Assembly (NCBI GenBank): GCA_964544855.1
Contig: CAZJDU010000003.1
Coordinates: 8,545 to 72,544 of the forward strand
Length of the DNA: 64,000 nt
DNA from: an uncultured Nocardioides sp.
GTDB lineage: Bacteria; Actinomycetota; Actinomycetes; Propionibacteriales; Nocardioidaceae
Direction: 5' to 3'
The notes beneath the pieces are model-generated. The model worked only from the letters and a program-made list of their open reading frames with translations, was not told where the DNA came from and searched no databases. Both the position numbers and the translations under genes were made by a program. Positions 31,074 through 41,718 of this stretch are shown here, piece after piece (position 1 is the stretch's first letter; every line of letters begins with the position of its first letter).

Positions 31074-32450
31074 ATGTCGACCTGTTCGCCCGGCAACCTC
31101 GACGCGGTCTTCAAGGCCTACGACGTACGAGGCATCGTCCCCGACCAGCTCGACGAGGAGCTCGCCAGGGCTGCCGGCACCGCCTTCGTCCAGGTGCTCG
31201 GCGCTCCCGCGATCGTGGTCGGCCACGACATGCGCCCGAGCTCACCGGGTCTCGCTGCGGCCTTCGCCGACGGGGCGACGGCGGCGGGCGCCGACGTCAC
31301 GATGATCGGGCTCGCCTCCACCGACCAGCTCTACTTCGCCTCGGGTCACCTCGAGCTGCCCGGGGCGATGTTCACGGCGAGCCACAACCCGGCCCAGTAC
31401 AACGGCATCAAGCTCTGCCGGGCCTCCGCCCAGCCCGTCGGCCAGGACACCGGGCTCGCGGACATCCGCGACCGCATCGCCGCCGGGACGAGCACCGACG
31501 CCACCACCGTCGGCAGCGTGGGCAGCGCGGACGTGCTGCAGGAGTACGCCGCGCACCTGCTCGCACTGGCACCGGTCGAGGGGCGCCGGCTGAAGGTCGT
31601 GGTCGACGCCGGCAACGGGATGGCGGGGCACACGGCGCCCGCGGTCTTCGACCGGATCGCCGACCGGGTCGACGTCGTCCCGATGTACTTCGAGCTCGAC
31701 GGCACCTTCCCCCACCACGAGGCGAACCCGATCGACCCCGCCACCCTCGTCGACCTGCAGCAGCGGGTCGTCGCCGAGGGCGCCGACGCCGGCCTCGCGT
31801 TCGACGGTGACGCCGACCGGTGCTTCGTGATCGACGAGCAGGGTCGTGCCGTCGCGCCCTCCACGCTCACCGCACTGATCGCCGCCCGCGAGCTCGCGAA
31901 GGAGCCGGGCGCGACGGTGATCCACAACCTGATCACGAGCCGGTCGGTGCCCGAGATCGTGACCGGTCGTGGCGGCACGCCGGTCCGCACCCGCGTCGGC
32001 CACTCCTTCATCAAGGCGACGATGGCCGAGACCGATGCCGTCTTCGGCGGGGAACACAGCGGGCACTTCTACTTCCGCGACTTCTGGCGTGCCGACTCCG
32101 GCATGCTCGCCGCGCTGCACACGCTCGCGGCGCTCGCCGAGGGCGACCGCCCGCTCTCGGAGGTGCTGGCGGAGTTCGAGCTCTACGCGATGAGCGGCGA
32201 GATCAACTCGCAGGTCGCCGACCAGCAGGCCGTGCTCGGCGAGCTCGAGACGACCTACGCGGGCCGCGACGGGGTCGAGATCGACCACCTGGACGGCCTC
32301 AGCGTGAGCCACCCCGACTGGGCGTTCAACGTGCGCGCCTCCAACACCGAGCCGCTGCTGCGGCTCAACGCCGAAGGGAAGGACGAGGTCACCATGGCCG
32401 AGATCCGCGACGACGTGCTGGGGATCATCCGCAGCGGGAGCGAGCGATGA
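31074..32450 (+). CDS. manB: Phosphomannomutase/phosphoglucomutase
   Basis: FKAYDVRG, TASHNP, FDGDADR, GGEHSGH, RASNTEP. Confidence 0.95.
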   Translation: MSTCSPGNLDAVFKAYDVRGIVPDQLDEELARAAGTAFVQVLGAPAIVVGHDMRPSSPGLAAAFADGATAAGADVTMIGLASTDQLYFASGHLELPGAMFTASHNPAQYNGIKLCRASAQPVGQDTGLADIRDRIAAGTSTDATTVGSVGSADVLQEYAAHLLALAPVEGRRLKVVVDAGNGMAGHTAPAVFDRIADRVDVVPMYFELDGTFPHHEANPIDPATLVDLQQRVVAEGADAGLAFDGDADRCFVIDEQGRAVAPSTLTALIAARELAKEPGATVIHNLITSRSVPEIVTGRGGTPVRTRVGHSFIKATMAETDAVFGGEHSGHFYFRDFWRADSGMLAALHTLAALAEGDRPLSEVLAEFELYAMSGEINSQVADQQAVLGELETTYAGRDGVEIDHLDGLSVSHPDWAFNVRASNTEPLLRLNAEGKDEVTMAEIRDDVLGIIRSGSER

Positions 32451-32623
32451 GCACCCCGGAGGTGGCGCCGGAGCTGTTGGAGATCATCGTCTGCCCCGCC
32501 TGCCACGGCGAGCTGACGCTGGACGAGAGCGGCCTGACCTGCCAGGAGTGCGGTCTTCGGTACCCGGTCCGGGACGGCATCCCGGTGCTCCTGGTCGACG
32601 AGGCCCGACGTCCCGGATCCTGA
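32447..32623 (+). CDS. Trm112 family small protein
   Basis: LLEIIVCPACH..C..C.LRYPVRDGIPVLLVDEA. Confidence 0.9.
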   Translation: MSTPEVAPELLEIIVCPACHGELTLDESGLTCQECGLRYPVRDGIPVLLVDEARRPGS

Positions 32624-32637
32624 CGAGGGATGACGCG

Positions 32638-33669
32638 ATGACCTGGTTCGACGAGTCCCGGCTGGACGACGAGACCGCGCTCGGCGCGGCGGACCTGCGG
32701 CTGCGCACCCTCGCCGAGTCCGGTGCGCGGGTCCGCCGCGAGGTGGCCGCTGCCGAGGAGGCGATCGCCGAGGCCGTGCAGCGGATGTCCGACACCCGTC
32801 CGCGGGCGGTGATCGCGGCCGGACCGGACTCGCGGCTGCTGCGCGCCGTGCTGGAGCCGTGGTGTCCCGTCCCGTTCGTCGCGTGGCCCAACCCGGGGCT
32901 GCCCGGCTGGGCCGGGAGCCTCGACCTGGTGGTGGTGCTGGCCCCCGAGGGGTCGGACGTCGAGGCCGCGTCGGCGCTCGCCGAGGCGGCCCGCCGCGGC
33001 TGCCAGATCGTCGTCGCCGGTCCGGTGGGCTCGATGGTCGCCGAGCACGCCGCGAGCCGATGGACCACGATCCTGCCGACGTCGACCGGCGACCAGCTCG
33101 CGATCGCCGTCGCGATGCTGGGGTTCCTGCACCGGATCCAGCTGGGGCCGTCGGCCTCGTCGGGAGAGGTCGCCGAGGCGCTCGACACGGTGGCGACCGA
33201 GTGCTCGCCGCACCGTGACATCTCGATCAACCCCGCCAAGATGCTGGCCATCTCGCTGGGTGACGCCAACCCGCTGCTGTGGGGCGGGTCGGTCCTCGCC
33301 GCGCGCGCGGCCCGCCGGGTCGCGGAGCTGATCCGCCGGGCCGCTGGACGCACCGCTCTGGCGGGCGACGCCGAGCACCTGCTCCCGGTGATCCAGGCCG
33401 CCCGCCCCCGTGACCTCTTCGCGGACCCGGTCGCCGACGGCGGCGGGGAGCGCCGGCCGGTTCTCGTGGTGCTCGACGCCGGGGAGGACGACCCGCTGGT
33501 GACCGACCAGCGCAGTCGGCTGGAGTCGGCCGCTCAGGAGCGCGACGTACGGGTCGAGACGGTGACGGCGACGCCGGACGCGGAGTCGGAGGTCGCGCGA
33601 TACGCCTCACTGCTGCTCAGCGGGACCTACACCGCTGAGTACCTCCGGCTGGGACTGGTGGACGACTGA
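32638..33669 (+). CDS. SIS domain protein (PGI/PMI-like)
   Basis: LPGWAGSLDLVVV, NPAKMLA, DLFADP; conserved manB neighbour. Confidence 0.8.
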   Translation: MTWFDESRLDDETALGAADLRLRTLAESGARVRREVAAAEEAIAEAVQRMSDTRPRAVIAAGPDSRLLRAVLEPWCPVPFVAWPNPGLPGWAGSLDLVVVLAPEGSDVEAASALAEAARRGCQIVVAGPVGSMVAEHAASRWTTILPTSTGDQLAIAVAMLGFLHRIQLGPSASSGEVAEALDTVATECSPHRDISINPAKMLAISLGDANPLLWGGSVLAARAARRVAELIRRAAGRTALAGDAEHLLPVIQAARPRDLFADPVADGGGERRPVLVVLDAGEDDPLVTDQRSRLESAAQERDVRVETVTATPDAESEVARYASLLLSGTYTAEYLRLGLVDD

Positions 33670-33747
33670 CCTGGCAGCGGGCTGAGATCTCGCTGAGAGT
33701 CCACGCCGTTCCTTGAACGGCCTCCGGCCCCTCGCTATCAAGGACCG

Positions 33748-34848
33748 ATGCGCTCGACGGTCGGCACTCGGGACCCCTGGCTCGACAACGCCAAGATGGC
33801 GTTGGTGACGCTGGTCGTCGTCGGGCATGCATGGACCCTGCTCCCGCAGGGGCGGCTGCCGAGCCACCTCTACGACTTCGTCTACGCCTGGCACGTGCCG
33901 GCGTTCGTCCTGGTCACCGGCTACCTGTCCCGCTCGTTCGACTACAGCCCGACCCGGCTGTGGCAGCTGGTGCGGACCGTCGCCGTCCCGTACGTCGCGT
34001 TCGAGTGCCTGATGGCGCTGTTCCGCGTCCACGTGGGCGGTGAGGAGCTCGGCACGATCTTCCTCGACCCGCACTGGCCGATGTGGTACCTCGCCGCCCT
34101 GTTCTGCTGGCGGCTGCTCACCCCGCTGTTCGCACCGATGCCGGGTGGCCTCGCCCTCGCGGTGGTGCTCAGTCTCGGTGCCGGGATGTGGGCGGGCGAC
34201 GCGCTCGACCTCGCCCGGGTGGTCGGACTGCTGCCGTTCTTCGTGCTCGGACTGAAGGCGCGAGCGGAGTGGCTCGAGCTGTTGCACGGCCGGTTCCCCC
34301 GGGTGCTCGCCGTGGCCGTGCTCGCCGGGATCTGGTACCTGTCCGGCTACACCGATCGCTTCCTCAGCACCGAGTGGCTCTACTACCGCACCGAGTACGT
34401 CGACCTCGACGTCTCGGACGAGCGCGCCATGCTGATCCGAGCGGCCGTCCTGGTCGTCGGGCTGGCGGGCGCGCTGGCGTTCCTCGCGCTCGTGCCGCGC
34501 CGGGACGGATGGTTCGCCCGGATGGGGGCCTTCACGCTGGTGGTCTACCTCTGCCACGGCTTCGTCGTGAAGGCCGGGCTGTACGCCGGGGTGCCCGGGT
34601 GGGCCGAGGGGCACCCGCTGCTGGCGGTGCTCCTCGTGACGCTGGGTGCCCTGGCCACCGCACTGCTGCTGGCCGCGCCCGGCGTGGGCTCCCGGCTGCA
34701 GCACGCCGTCGACCCCTTCGGATACGCCCGGCGCCGGGTCGACGACGCGGTGGCGCTCTCCGAGGCTGCGCGGGCCGTCGCCGCCACGGAGGACGCGGCG
34801 GCTCCGCGGGAGCACGTCCCCGAGCGCACCGCTAGCCTGTCGGTGTGA
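33748..34848 (+). CDS. Acyltransferase family 3 (membrane O-acyltransferase)
   Basis: RDPWLDNAK..LVVVGH, WHVPAF, WYL, VYLCH. Confidence 0.88.
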   Translation: MRSTVGTRDPWLDNAKMALVTLVVVGHAWTLLPQGRLPSHLYDFVYAWHVPAFVLVTGYLSRSFDYSPTRLWQLVRTVAVPYVAFECLMALFRVHVGGEELGTIFLDPHWPMWYLAALFCWRLLTPLFAPMPGGLALAVVLSLGAGMWAGDALDLARVVGLLPFFVLGLKARAEWLELLHGRFPRVLAVAVLAGIWYLSGYTDRFLSTEWLYYRTEYVDLDVSDERAMLIRAAVLVVGLAGALAFLALVPRRDGWFARMGAFTLVVYLCHGFVVKAGLYAGVPGWAEGHPLLAVLLVTLGALATALLLAAPGVGSRLQHAVDPFGYARRRVDDAVALSEAARAVAATEDAAAPREHVPERTASLSV

Positions 34849-35798
34849 GCGCGGGACTCTTCGGACTGCTCGACGACGTGGCGACCATCGCCAAGATGGC
34901 GGCGGCGTCGCTGGACGACGTGGGCGCTGCGGCCGGCAAGGCCACCGCGAAGGCGGCCGGGGTGGTCGTCGACGACACCGCCGTGACGCCGCAGTACGTC
35001 CACGGGCTCGCCGCCGATCGTGAGCTTCCGATCGTGAAGCAGATCGCGTGGGGCTCGATCCGCAACAAGCTGCTGATCATCCTCCCGGCGGCACTGCTGC
35101 TGTCACACTTCCTGCCGGACGCGCTGCCGATCCTGCTGATGGTCGGCGGCACCTATCTCGCGTTCGAGGGAGCGGAGAAGGTCTGGGGCAAGCTGTCCGG
35201 CCATGACGACCACGACCGCCCTGCGGCCGCGGTCGGACCGGAGGCGGAGCGGACGATGGTCGCGGGCGCGGTACGCACCGACCTGATCCTCTCGGCCGAG
35301 ATCATGGTGATCGCCCTCGCCACGGTCACCCACGAGGGCTTCTGGCTGCAGCTCGCGACCCTCGTCGCGGTCGCCTTCGTGATCACGATCGGCGTGTACG
35401 GCGTGGTCGCACTGATCGTGAAGATGGACGACATCGGGCTCCTGCTCGCGCAGGGGAGCAGCGGCTTCCGGGAGCGCTTCGGCCGGGGCCTGGTCGCCGC
35501 GATGCCGAAGGTGCTCGCCGTGATCACGCTCGTCGGCACGGTCGCGATGCTGTGGGTCGGCGGTCACCTGCTCCTGGTCAACCTCCACGACGTCGGGTGG
35601 TGGTCGGCGCCGTACGACGCCGTGCACCACCTCGAGGGGGCGATCCACGACGGCGTCGGCGGCGCCGCCGGTGCCGTGCTCGCCTGGTGCTGGAACACCG
35701 TCGCGTCCTTCGTGGCCGGTCTGCTCGTCGGCGCCGTGGTCGTGCTGGTGATGCACCTGCTGCCGTTCGGTCGCAAGGAGCGCGCGGAGCACGCCTGA
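34845..35798 (+). CDS. DUF808 family inner-membrane protein (YedI-like)
   Basis: LLDD, GVVVDDTAVTPQYV, RTDLILSAEIMVI, VKMDDIG. Confidence 0.92.
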   Translation: MSAGLFGLLDDVATIAKMAAASLDDVGAAAGKATAKAAGVVVDDTAVTPQYVHGLAADRELPIVKQIAWGSIRNKLLIILPAALLLSHFLPDALPILLMVGGTYLAFEGAEKVWGKLSGHDDHDRPAAAVGPEAERTMVAGAVRTDLILSAEIMVIALATVTHEGFWLQLATLVAVAFVITIGVYGVVALIVKMDDIGLLLAQGSSGFRERFGRGLVAAMPKVLAVITLVGTVAMLWVGGHLLLVNLHDVGWWSAPYDAVHHLEGAIHDGVGGAAGAVLAWCWNTVASFVAGLLVGAVVVLVMHLLPFGRKERAEHA

Positions 35799-35924
35799 CG
35801 CGGGGACCCCCCGTGATTGCACCCTCGGCCGGGTGGGTTTGTACCCTGGCAAGGTGTCCTGCGCGGGAGATCCCGAAGAGTGCAGATGCGCCGCAGACAC
35901 AGCTTTCGAGCCACGAGGAATTCA

Positions 35925-37358
35925 ATGGACTACAAGGTTGCTGACCTGAGCCTGGCCGACTACGGCCGGACCGAGATCACCCTCGCCGAGCACGAGATGC
36001 CGGGTCTGATCGCGATGCGGGAGCGGTACGCCGACAGCCAGCCGCTCAAGGGCGCGAAGATCGCCGGCTCGCTCCACATGACCATCCAGACCGCGGTGCT
36101 CATCGAGACCCTGGTCGCGCTCGGTGCCGAGGTGCGCTGGGCGTCCTGCAACATCTTCTCCACCCAGGACCACGCGGCCGCGGCGGTCGTCGTCGGGCCC
36201 AACGGCACCGTCGACGACCCGCAGGGCGTGCCGGTCTTCGCCTGGAAGGGCGAGAGCCTCGAGGAGTACTGGTGGTGCACCCAGCAGATCCTCGACTGGC
36301 CGGAGGGCGAGTTCGCCAACATGATCCTCGACGACGGTGGTGACGCGACGCTGCTCGTGCACCTGGGTGTCGAGGCGGAGAAGAAGGGCGTCGCGCCCGC
36401 CGTGGCGACCGCCGGCTCCGAGGAGGAGAAGGTCGTCTTCACCGTCCTCAACGAGAGCCTGGAGCAGAGCTCGGACCGGTTCACCAAGATCGCCGGCGAG
36501 ATCAAGGGCGTCACCGAGGAGACCACCACGGGCGTCCACCGGCTCTACGACATGATGAAGGAAGGCTCGCTGCTCTTCCCGGCCATCAACGTCAACGACT
36601 CGGTCACCAAGTCGAAGTTCGACAACAAGTACGGCTGCCGCCACAGCCTGGTCGACGGCATCAACCGCGCGACCGACGTGCTGATCGGCGGCAAGGTCGC
36701 GGTCATCTGCGGCTTCGGTGACGTCGGCAAGGGCAGCGCCGAGTCGCTGCGTGGCCAGGGCGCTCGGGTCATCGTGACCGAGATCGACCCGATCTGCGCG
36801 CTGCAGGCCGCCATGGAGGGCTACGAGGTCGACACCCTGGAGAACGTCCTCGACGTCGCCGACATCGTGATCACCACGACCGGCAACAAGGACGTCGTCT
36901 CGGCCGACCAGATGAGCCGGATGAAGCACCAGGCCATCGTCGGCAACATCGGTCACTTCGACAACGAGATCGACATGGCCGGACTCGAGTCGTGGCCCGG
37001 CATCAAGCGGACCAACGTCAAGCCGCAGGTCGACGTGTTCGAGTTCCCCGAGACGGGCAAGAGCGTGATCATCCTGTCGGAGGGTCGCCTGCTCAACCTC
37101 GGCAACGCCACGGGTCACCCGAGCTTCGTGATGTCGAACTCCTTCACCAACCAGGTGCTGGCGCAGATCGAGATCTTCACCAAGCCCGCGGAGTACCCCG
37201 TCGGCGTCTACGTGCTGCCCAAGCACCTCGACGAGGAGGTCGCCCGACTGCACCTCTCGGCGCTCGGCGTGAACCTGACCGAGATGACCTCCGACCAGTC
37301 GGAGTACCTCGGCATCCCGGTCGAGGGGCCGTACAAGCCGGACGCCTACCGCTACTGA
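35925..37358 (+). CDS. ahcY: Adenosylhomocysteinase
   Basis: [40 protein letters not shown]; GAGG RBS. Confidence 0.98.
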   Translation: MDYKVADLSLADYGRTEITLAEHEMPGLIAMRERYADSQPLKGAKIAGSLHMTIQTAVLIETLVALGAEVRWASCNIFSTQDHAAAAVVVGPNGTVDDPQGVPVFAWKGESLEEYWWCTQQILDWPEGEFANMILDDGGDATLLVHLGVEAEKKGVAPAVATAGSEEEKVVFTVLNESLEQSSDRFTKIAGEIKGVTEETTTGVHRLYDMMKEGSLLFPAINVNDSVTKSKFDNKYGCRHSLVDGINRATDVLIGGKVAVICGFGDVGKGSAESLRGQGARVIVTEIDPICALQAAMEGYEVDTLENVLDVADIVITTTGNKDVVSADQMSRMKHQAIVGNIGHFDNEIDMAGLESWPGIKRTNVKPQVDVFEFPETGKSVIILSEGRLLNLGNATGHPSFVMSNSFTNQVLAQIEIFTKPAEYPVGVYVLPKHLDEEVARLHLSALGVNLTEMTSDQSEYLGIPVEGPYKPDAYRY

Positions 37359-37365
37359 GCCGACG

Positions 37366-37436
37366 GCGCTCGTTCCTCGTGCGCGGCTGCTCGACCGGCG
37401 ACTCGTCGTCGGTCGAGCAGCCGCGGGGGACGAGCG
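37366..37436. repeat. Long REP-like hairpin / possible terminator after ahcY
   Basis: GCGGCTGCTCGACC...GGTCGAGCAGCCGC core stem, flanked by CGCTCGT/ACGAGCG. Confidence 0.6.
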
Positions 37437-37478
37437 GGACGCCTGCCCGGACCCGGCCGGGTGGTTAGATTGAGTACC

Positions 37479-38192
37479 ATGACGACGCAATCTGCCGCCC
37501 AGGGAGGCGTTCCCACGAAGGGCCGGATCCTCGTCGTCGACGACGACGCCCCGCTGGCGGAGATGCTGAGCATCGTGCTGCGGCAGGAGGGCTTCGACAG
37601 CCGCGTCTGCCCGCACGGCGACGCCGCTCTCGCGGAGTTCCACTCCTACCGCCCCGACCTGGTCCTGCTCGACCTGATGATGCCCGGCAAGGACGGGATC
37701 GACGTCTGCAAGGAGATCCGGGCCGAGTCGGGTGTCCCGATCGTGATGCTGACAGCCAAGGGCGACACCGTCGACGTGGTGGTCGGGTTGGAGTCCGGGG
37801 CGGACGACTACATCGTCAAGCCGTTCAAGCCCAAGGAGCTGGTCGCCCGGATCCGGGCACGGGTCCGTCGCAGCGATGCCGGTGCGTCGGAGGTCCTCAC
37901 CGTCAAGGACCTCACGATCGACGTCGCCGGGCACGCGGTGGCCCGCGACGGCGAGCCGATCGCGCTCACGCCGCTGGAGTTCGACCTCCTGCTCTGCCTC
38001 GCCCGCCGGCCGTGGCAGGTCTTCACCCGTGAGGTGCTCCTCGAGGAGGTCTGGGGGTACCAGCACGCCGCTGACACCCGACTGGTCAACGTGCACGTGC
38101 AGCGACTCCGCTCCAAGGTCGAGCACGATCCCGAGCATCCCGAGATCGTGCTGACGGTCCGCGGCGTCGGCTACAAGGCGGGCACCGGATGA
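37479..38192 (+). CDS. mtrA: Two-component response regulator MtrA
   Basis: OmpR-type; DTVDVVVGLESGADDY, DTRLVNVHVQRLRSK. Confidence 0.96.
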   Translation: MTTQSAAQGGVPTKGRILVVDDDAPLAEMLSIVLRQEGFDSRVCPHGDAALAEFHSYRPDLVLLDLMMPGKDGIDVCKEIRAESGVPIVMLTAKGDTVDVVVGLESGADDYIVKPFKPKELVARIRARVRRSDAGASEVLTVKDLTIDVAGHAVARDGEPIALTPLEFDLLLCLARRPWQVFTREVLLEEVWGYQHAADTRLVNVHVQRLRSKVEHDPEHPEIVLTVRGVGYKAGTG

Positions 38193-38224
38193 CGGCGCCC
38201 GCTCGCTCTGCCCGGGGGCGCTGA

Positions 38225-39901
38225 TTGTCCGGTCGGCTGACGTGGATCCCGGTGCCGGAGGAGCTGCGCCGGGCGCTCACCTTCTGGCGGCGCTCCGTGC
38301 AGGCGCGCGTGGTCGCCAGCACGCTGGTGCTGACCGCCGCCGTGATCTGCGTGGTCGGCTGGCTGCTGCTCCAGCAGGTCCGGGAGGGACTGCTCCAGCA
38401 GCGGATCGACGTGGTCGTGGCCGAGGCGGAGGCCGAGACCGACGAGGCGCGGGTCCGGCTCGAGGCCGCCTCCGGCACCGAGGTGAACGTCAGCCGGCAG
38501 CAGAACGACCTGATCGACCCGATCATCGAGCGGGGCGAGAGCCGGGACGTCGCCGTCGTCCTCAGCGGACCGGAGGCCGACAGCGTGCCGCTGGCCGAGG
38601 AGTCGGCCCCGCGAACAGCGGGCCTCGAGCTGTCCAGCGTGCCGAGGTCGCTCCAGGAGCACTTCGACGGCATCAACCGCACGACGGCGTGGACCTACAC
38701 CGAGATCGACCGGACCGACGCCGAGGGGATCCAGACCGCCGAACCCGGCATCGTCGTGGGGTCCCAGGTGCAGCTGCCCGCGGACGGCCGCACCTACACC
38801 CTCTACTTCCTGTATCCGCTCTCGGAGCAGGAGGAGACGCTCGGCCTGGTCACCCAGGCGCTGCTGACCGCTGCGGGGCTCCTCCTCGTGCTCGTCGCCG
38901 GCATCGTGTGGCTGGTGACCCGTCAGGTCGTCACACCGGTCCGGATGGCACGCCGGGTGGCGGAGCGGCTCGCCGCGGGCCAGCTGCAGGAGCGGCTGGA
39001 GGTGACCGGTGAGGACGACCTGGCACGGCTCGCGACCTCGTTCAACCAGATGGCGGTCAACCTGCAGCGGCAGATCCGGCAGCTCGAGGAGCTCAGCTGG
39101 GTGCAGCGTCGGTTCGTGTCCGACGTCTCCCACGAGCTGCGGACACCGTTGACGACCGTCCGGATGGCGGGTGATGTGCTGCACGACAAGCGCGACTCCT
39201 TCGACCCGGCCACCGCGCGGGCCGCGGAGCTGCTGCAGAACGAGCTCGACCGCTTCGAGAACCTCCTGGTCGACCTGTTGGAGATCAGCCGGTTCGACGC
39301 CGGTGCCGCCGTCCTGGACCTCGAGGACGTGAGCCTGGTCGACATCACGCACCGGGTGGTCGACGCCTGTCGTCCCCTCGCCGAGCAGCGCGGGACCCGC
39401 GTCGAGGTGGAGCAGCCGCCGCGCCCGGTGCGCGCGGAGGCCGACGTACGACGGGTGGAGCGTGTGCTGCGCAACCTGGTGAACAACGCGATCGACCACA
39501 CCCCGGCCGACCGACCCGACCTGCCCGTCACCGTGCGGCTGGCCGGGGACGACCAGGCCGCGGCGGTCTCGGTCCGTGATCACGGGGTCGGTCTCGCCCC
39601 CGGGGAGGCCGTGATGGTCTTCAACCGGTTCTGGCGTGCCGACCCGGCGCGGACCCGCAGCAGCGGTGGCACCGGGCTCGGCCTGGCGATCTCGCTCGAG
39701 GACGCCCACCTCCACGGCGGCTGGCTGCAGGCGTGGGGGCGCCCCGATGACGGCGCGCTGTTCCGGCTCACGCTCCCGCGCCACGCGGGCGACCCACTGC
39801 GGCACAGCCCGCTCCCCCTCGGCCCCGACCCGGCCCGTGCCCCCGAGGGCGACCGGGTGGACGACCCGACGGCGACCAGCCCGAGCGGAGACCCCGCATG
39901 A
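38225..39901 (+). CDS. mtrB: Sensor histidine kinase MtrB
   Basis: HAMP, DVSHELRTPLTT, GGTGLGLAI; start uncertain. Confidence 0.95.
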   Translation: MSGRLTWIPVPEELRRALTFWRRSVQARVVASTLVLTAAVICVVGWLLLQQVREGLLQQRIDVVVAEAEAETDEARVRLEAASGTEVNVSRQQNDLIDPIIERGESRDVAVVLSGPEADSVPLAEESAPRTAGLELSSVPRSLQEHFDGINRTTAWTYTEIDRTDAEGIQTAEPGIVVGSQVQLPADGRTYTLYFLYPLSEQEETLGLVTQALLTAAGLLLVLVAGIVWLVTRQVVTPVRMARRVAERLAAGQLQERLEVTGEDDLARLATSFNQMAVNLQRQIRQLEELSWVQRRFVSDVSHELRTPLTTVRMAGDVLHDKRDSFDPATARAAELLQNELDRFENLLVDLLEISRFDAGAAVLDLEDVSLVDITHRVVDACRPLAEQRGTRVEVEQPPRPVRAEADVRRVERVLRNLVNNAIDHTPADRPDLPVTVRLAGDDQAAAVSVRDHGVGLAPGEAVMVFNRFWRADPARTRSSGGTGLGLAISLEDAHLHGGWLQAWGRPDDGALFRLTLPRHAGDPLRHSPLPLGPDPARAPEGDRVDDPTATSPSGDPA

Positions 39902-41637
39902 GGAGCCCCCGGATGCTGCGAGCACTCGTCGTGACCGTGCTGCTGGTCGGCGGTGCCGGCTGTGCCGGCATGCCCACCTCCGGACCTGTCGTGGAGGCAC
40001 AGCCGTCCTCGGAGCAGAGCGTGCCCAGCGCCTCCGACATCGACGCCGAGCCGCCGCGGGAGGGAGCGAGCCCCCAGGAGATCGTCGAAGGTTTCCTGGA
40101 GGCGATGACCGCCTGGCCGATCGAGACCAGCGTCGCCAAGCAGTACCTCGCCAGCGGCGCTGCCGACGAGTGGAACCCGGATGCCGCCACCATCGTCTAC
40201 TCCGGCTACCTGCCACCCCAGGAGACCGGTGCCGACCGGGTCGAGGTCGAGCTGACCTCCGCCGACCGTCTCGACGCCTCCGGTGCCTGGCGGGGCGAGC
40301 TGCCGGCCGGGAAGCGGACGATCAGGTACTCGATGGTGCGCGAGGGCGGCGAGTACCGCATCGCCGACCCGGCCGACGCGATGATGGTGCCGACCACCTG
40401 GTTCCAGCAGCGGTTCCGGCAGGTGTCGCTCTACTTCTTCGACCCCCAGGCCGAGATCCTGGTCCCGGAGCCGGTGTTCGTGCCGATCGGACGGCAGCTG
40501 GCGACGTCGCTGGTCGCTGCGCTGCTCGCCGGGCCACCCGCAGGCTCCGGGGAGGTCGTGCGGACCTTCGTCCCGTCCGGGCTCAGCATCGGCCTCTCCG
40601 TGCCGGTGTCCACGACGGGGGTCGCCGAGATCGACCTGGTCGGCGACGTCCCGCTGCCGACGCCGGAGACCGCCGACCTGCTGCTCGCGCAGTTCGCCTG
40701 GACGTTGCGGCAGGATCCCGACATCGACGCCTTCCGACTGAGCATCGGCGGCGAGGAGATCGTGGAGAGCAGCGGTGCCTCGCCGTACGACGTGGAGTCG
40801 GCGGCCCAGTTCGACCCCGCCGGTGTGGGGGCGTCCAACCGGCTCTACGGACTCCAGCGCGGCCGGCTGCTGCGCGGCGGCTTCGGGGCGCTCGAGCCCG
40901 CGACCGGGCCGTTCGGTCAGGCCGACTACGGCCTGCGGTCCGTCGCTGTCTCGCCCGACGACGGTGCCGCCGCCGGGGTCGTCACCGGAGGGGCGCGGCT
41001 GCTCACCGCCTCGGTCCAGGACTCCGGTGCCCCCGCCACCGTGCTCGCCGACGGCGCCGACCTGGCGCGACCCACGTGGGACTACGCCGGCCGGCTGTGG
41101 GTGCTCGACCGGCGCTCGGGCGGCGCGCGGGTCCTCCATGTCCGTGACGGGCGTGCCCGCGAGGTGGACGTACCCGGCGTGACCGGCGAGGACGCCCGAC
41201 GGATGGTGGTCTCGAGGGACGGCACCCGCCTGGTCACGGTGATGCGGACCGGTGACGGTGACCGCATCGTGACCACACGGGTCGTGCTCGATGCGCGGGG
41301 TCGGGTGCAGAAGGTGATCCGGCCGACCGTGATCCGTCCGGCGGACGCCGGTCCGCGGGTGCTCGACGTGGTGTGGTCCGATGTCACCGCTGTCTCCGTG
41401 CTGCTGCCGGCCCGGACGGGTGGGCTCTTCGAGGTCGCCACCATCCCGGCCAACGGCGGCTTCCTCGGGAGCACCGTCCCGACGACCGTCGTGCGGGGCC
41501 GGGTCCGGGGTATCGCCGGCGCCCCGTCCGCGGCGCAACGGCTCATCGCCGAGCTGCCCTCCGAGCTGGTCGACACCCGCACGGGCGAGGGGGAGCCACT
41601 GCCCGACGGCGTGCGCGGGGTGGACTACGCCGGTTGA
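39898..41637 (+). CDS. lpqB: Lipoprotein LpqB (GerMN + beta-propeller)
   Basis: Lipobox GAGC, LYFFDP, LLAGP, VSRDGTR; follows mtrAB. Confidence 0.9.
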   Translation: MRSPRMLRALVVTVLLVGGAGCAGMPTSGPVVEAQPSSEQSVPSASDIDAEPPREGASPQEIVEGFLEAMTAWPIETSVAKQYLASGAADEWNPDAATIVYSGYLPPQETGADRVEVELTSADRLDASGAWRGELPAGKRTIRYSMVREGGEYRIADPADAMMVPTTWFQQRFRQVSLYFFDPQAEILVPEPVFVPIGRQLATSLVAALLAGPPAGSGEVVRTFVPSGLSIGLSVPVSTTGVAEIDLVGDVPLPTPETADLLLAQFAWTLRQDPDIDAFRLSIGGEEIVESSGASPYDVESAAQFDPAGVGASNRLYGLQRGRLLRGGFGALEPATGPFGQADYGLRSVAVSPDDGAAAGVVTGGARLLTASVQDSGAPATVLADGADLARPTWDYAGRLWVLDRRSGGARVLHVRDGRAREVDVPGVTGEDARRMVVSRDGTRLVTVMRTGDGDRIVTTRVVLDARGRVQKVIRPTVIRPADAGPRVLDVVWSDVTAVSVLLPARTGGLFEVATIPANGGFLGSTVPTTVVRGRVRGIAGAPSAAQRLIAELPSELVDTRTGEGEPLPDGVRGVDYAG

Positions 41638-41718
41638 CCGCTCCGGACGGGGACCGCCCTGTCCACAGCCCACCGGAGGCCGGTTGCCCGGCGCTCCGAC
41701 CGGTGGTCGGATCGTGAC

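Noticed and set aside
35799-35924. Canonical SAH riboswitch upstream of ahcY
   Set aside because: Conserved GAGGAGCG / CAGGCTC elements not found
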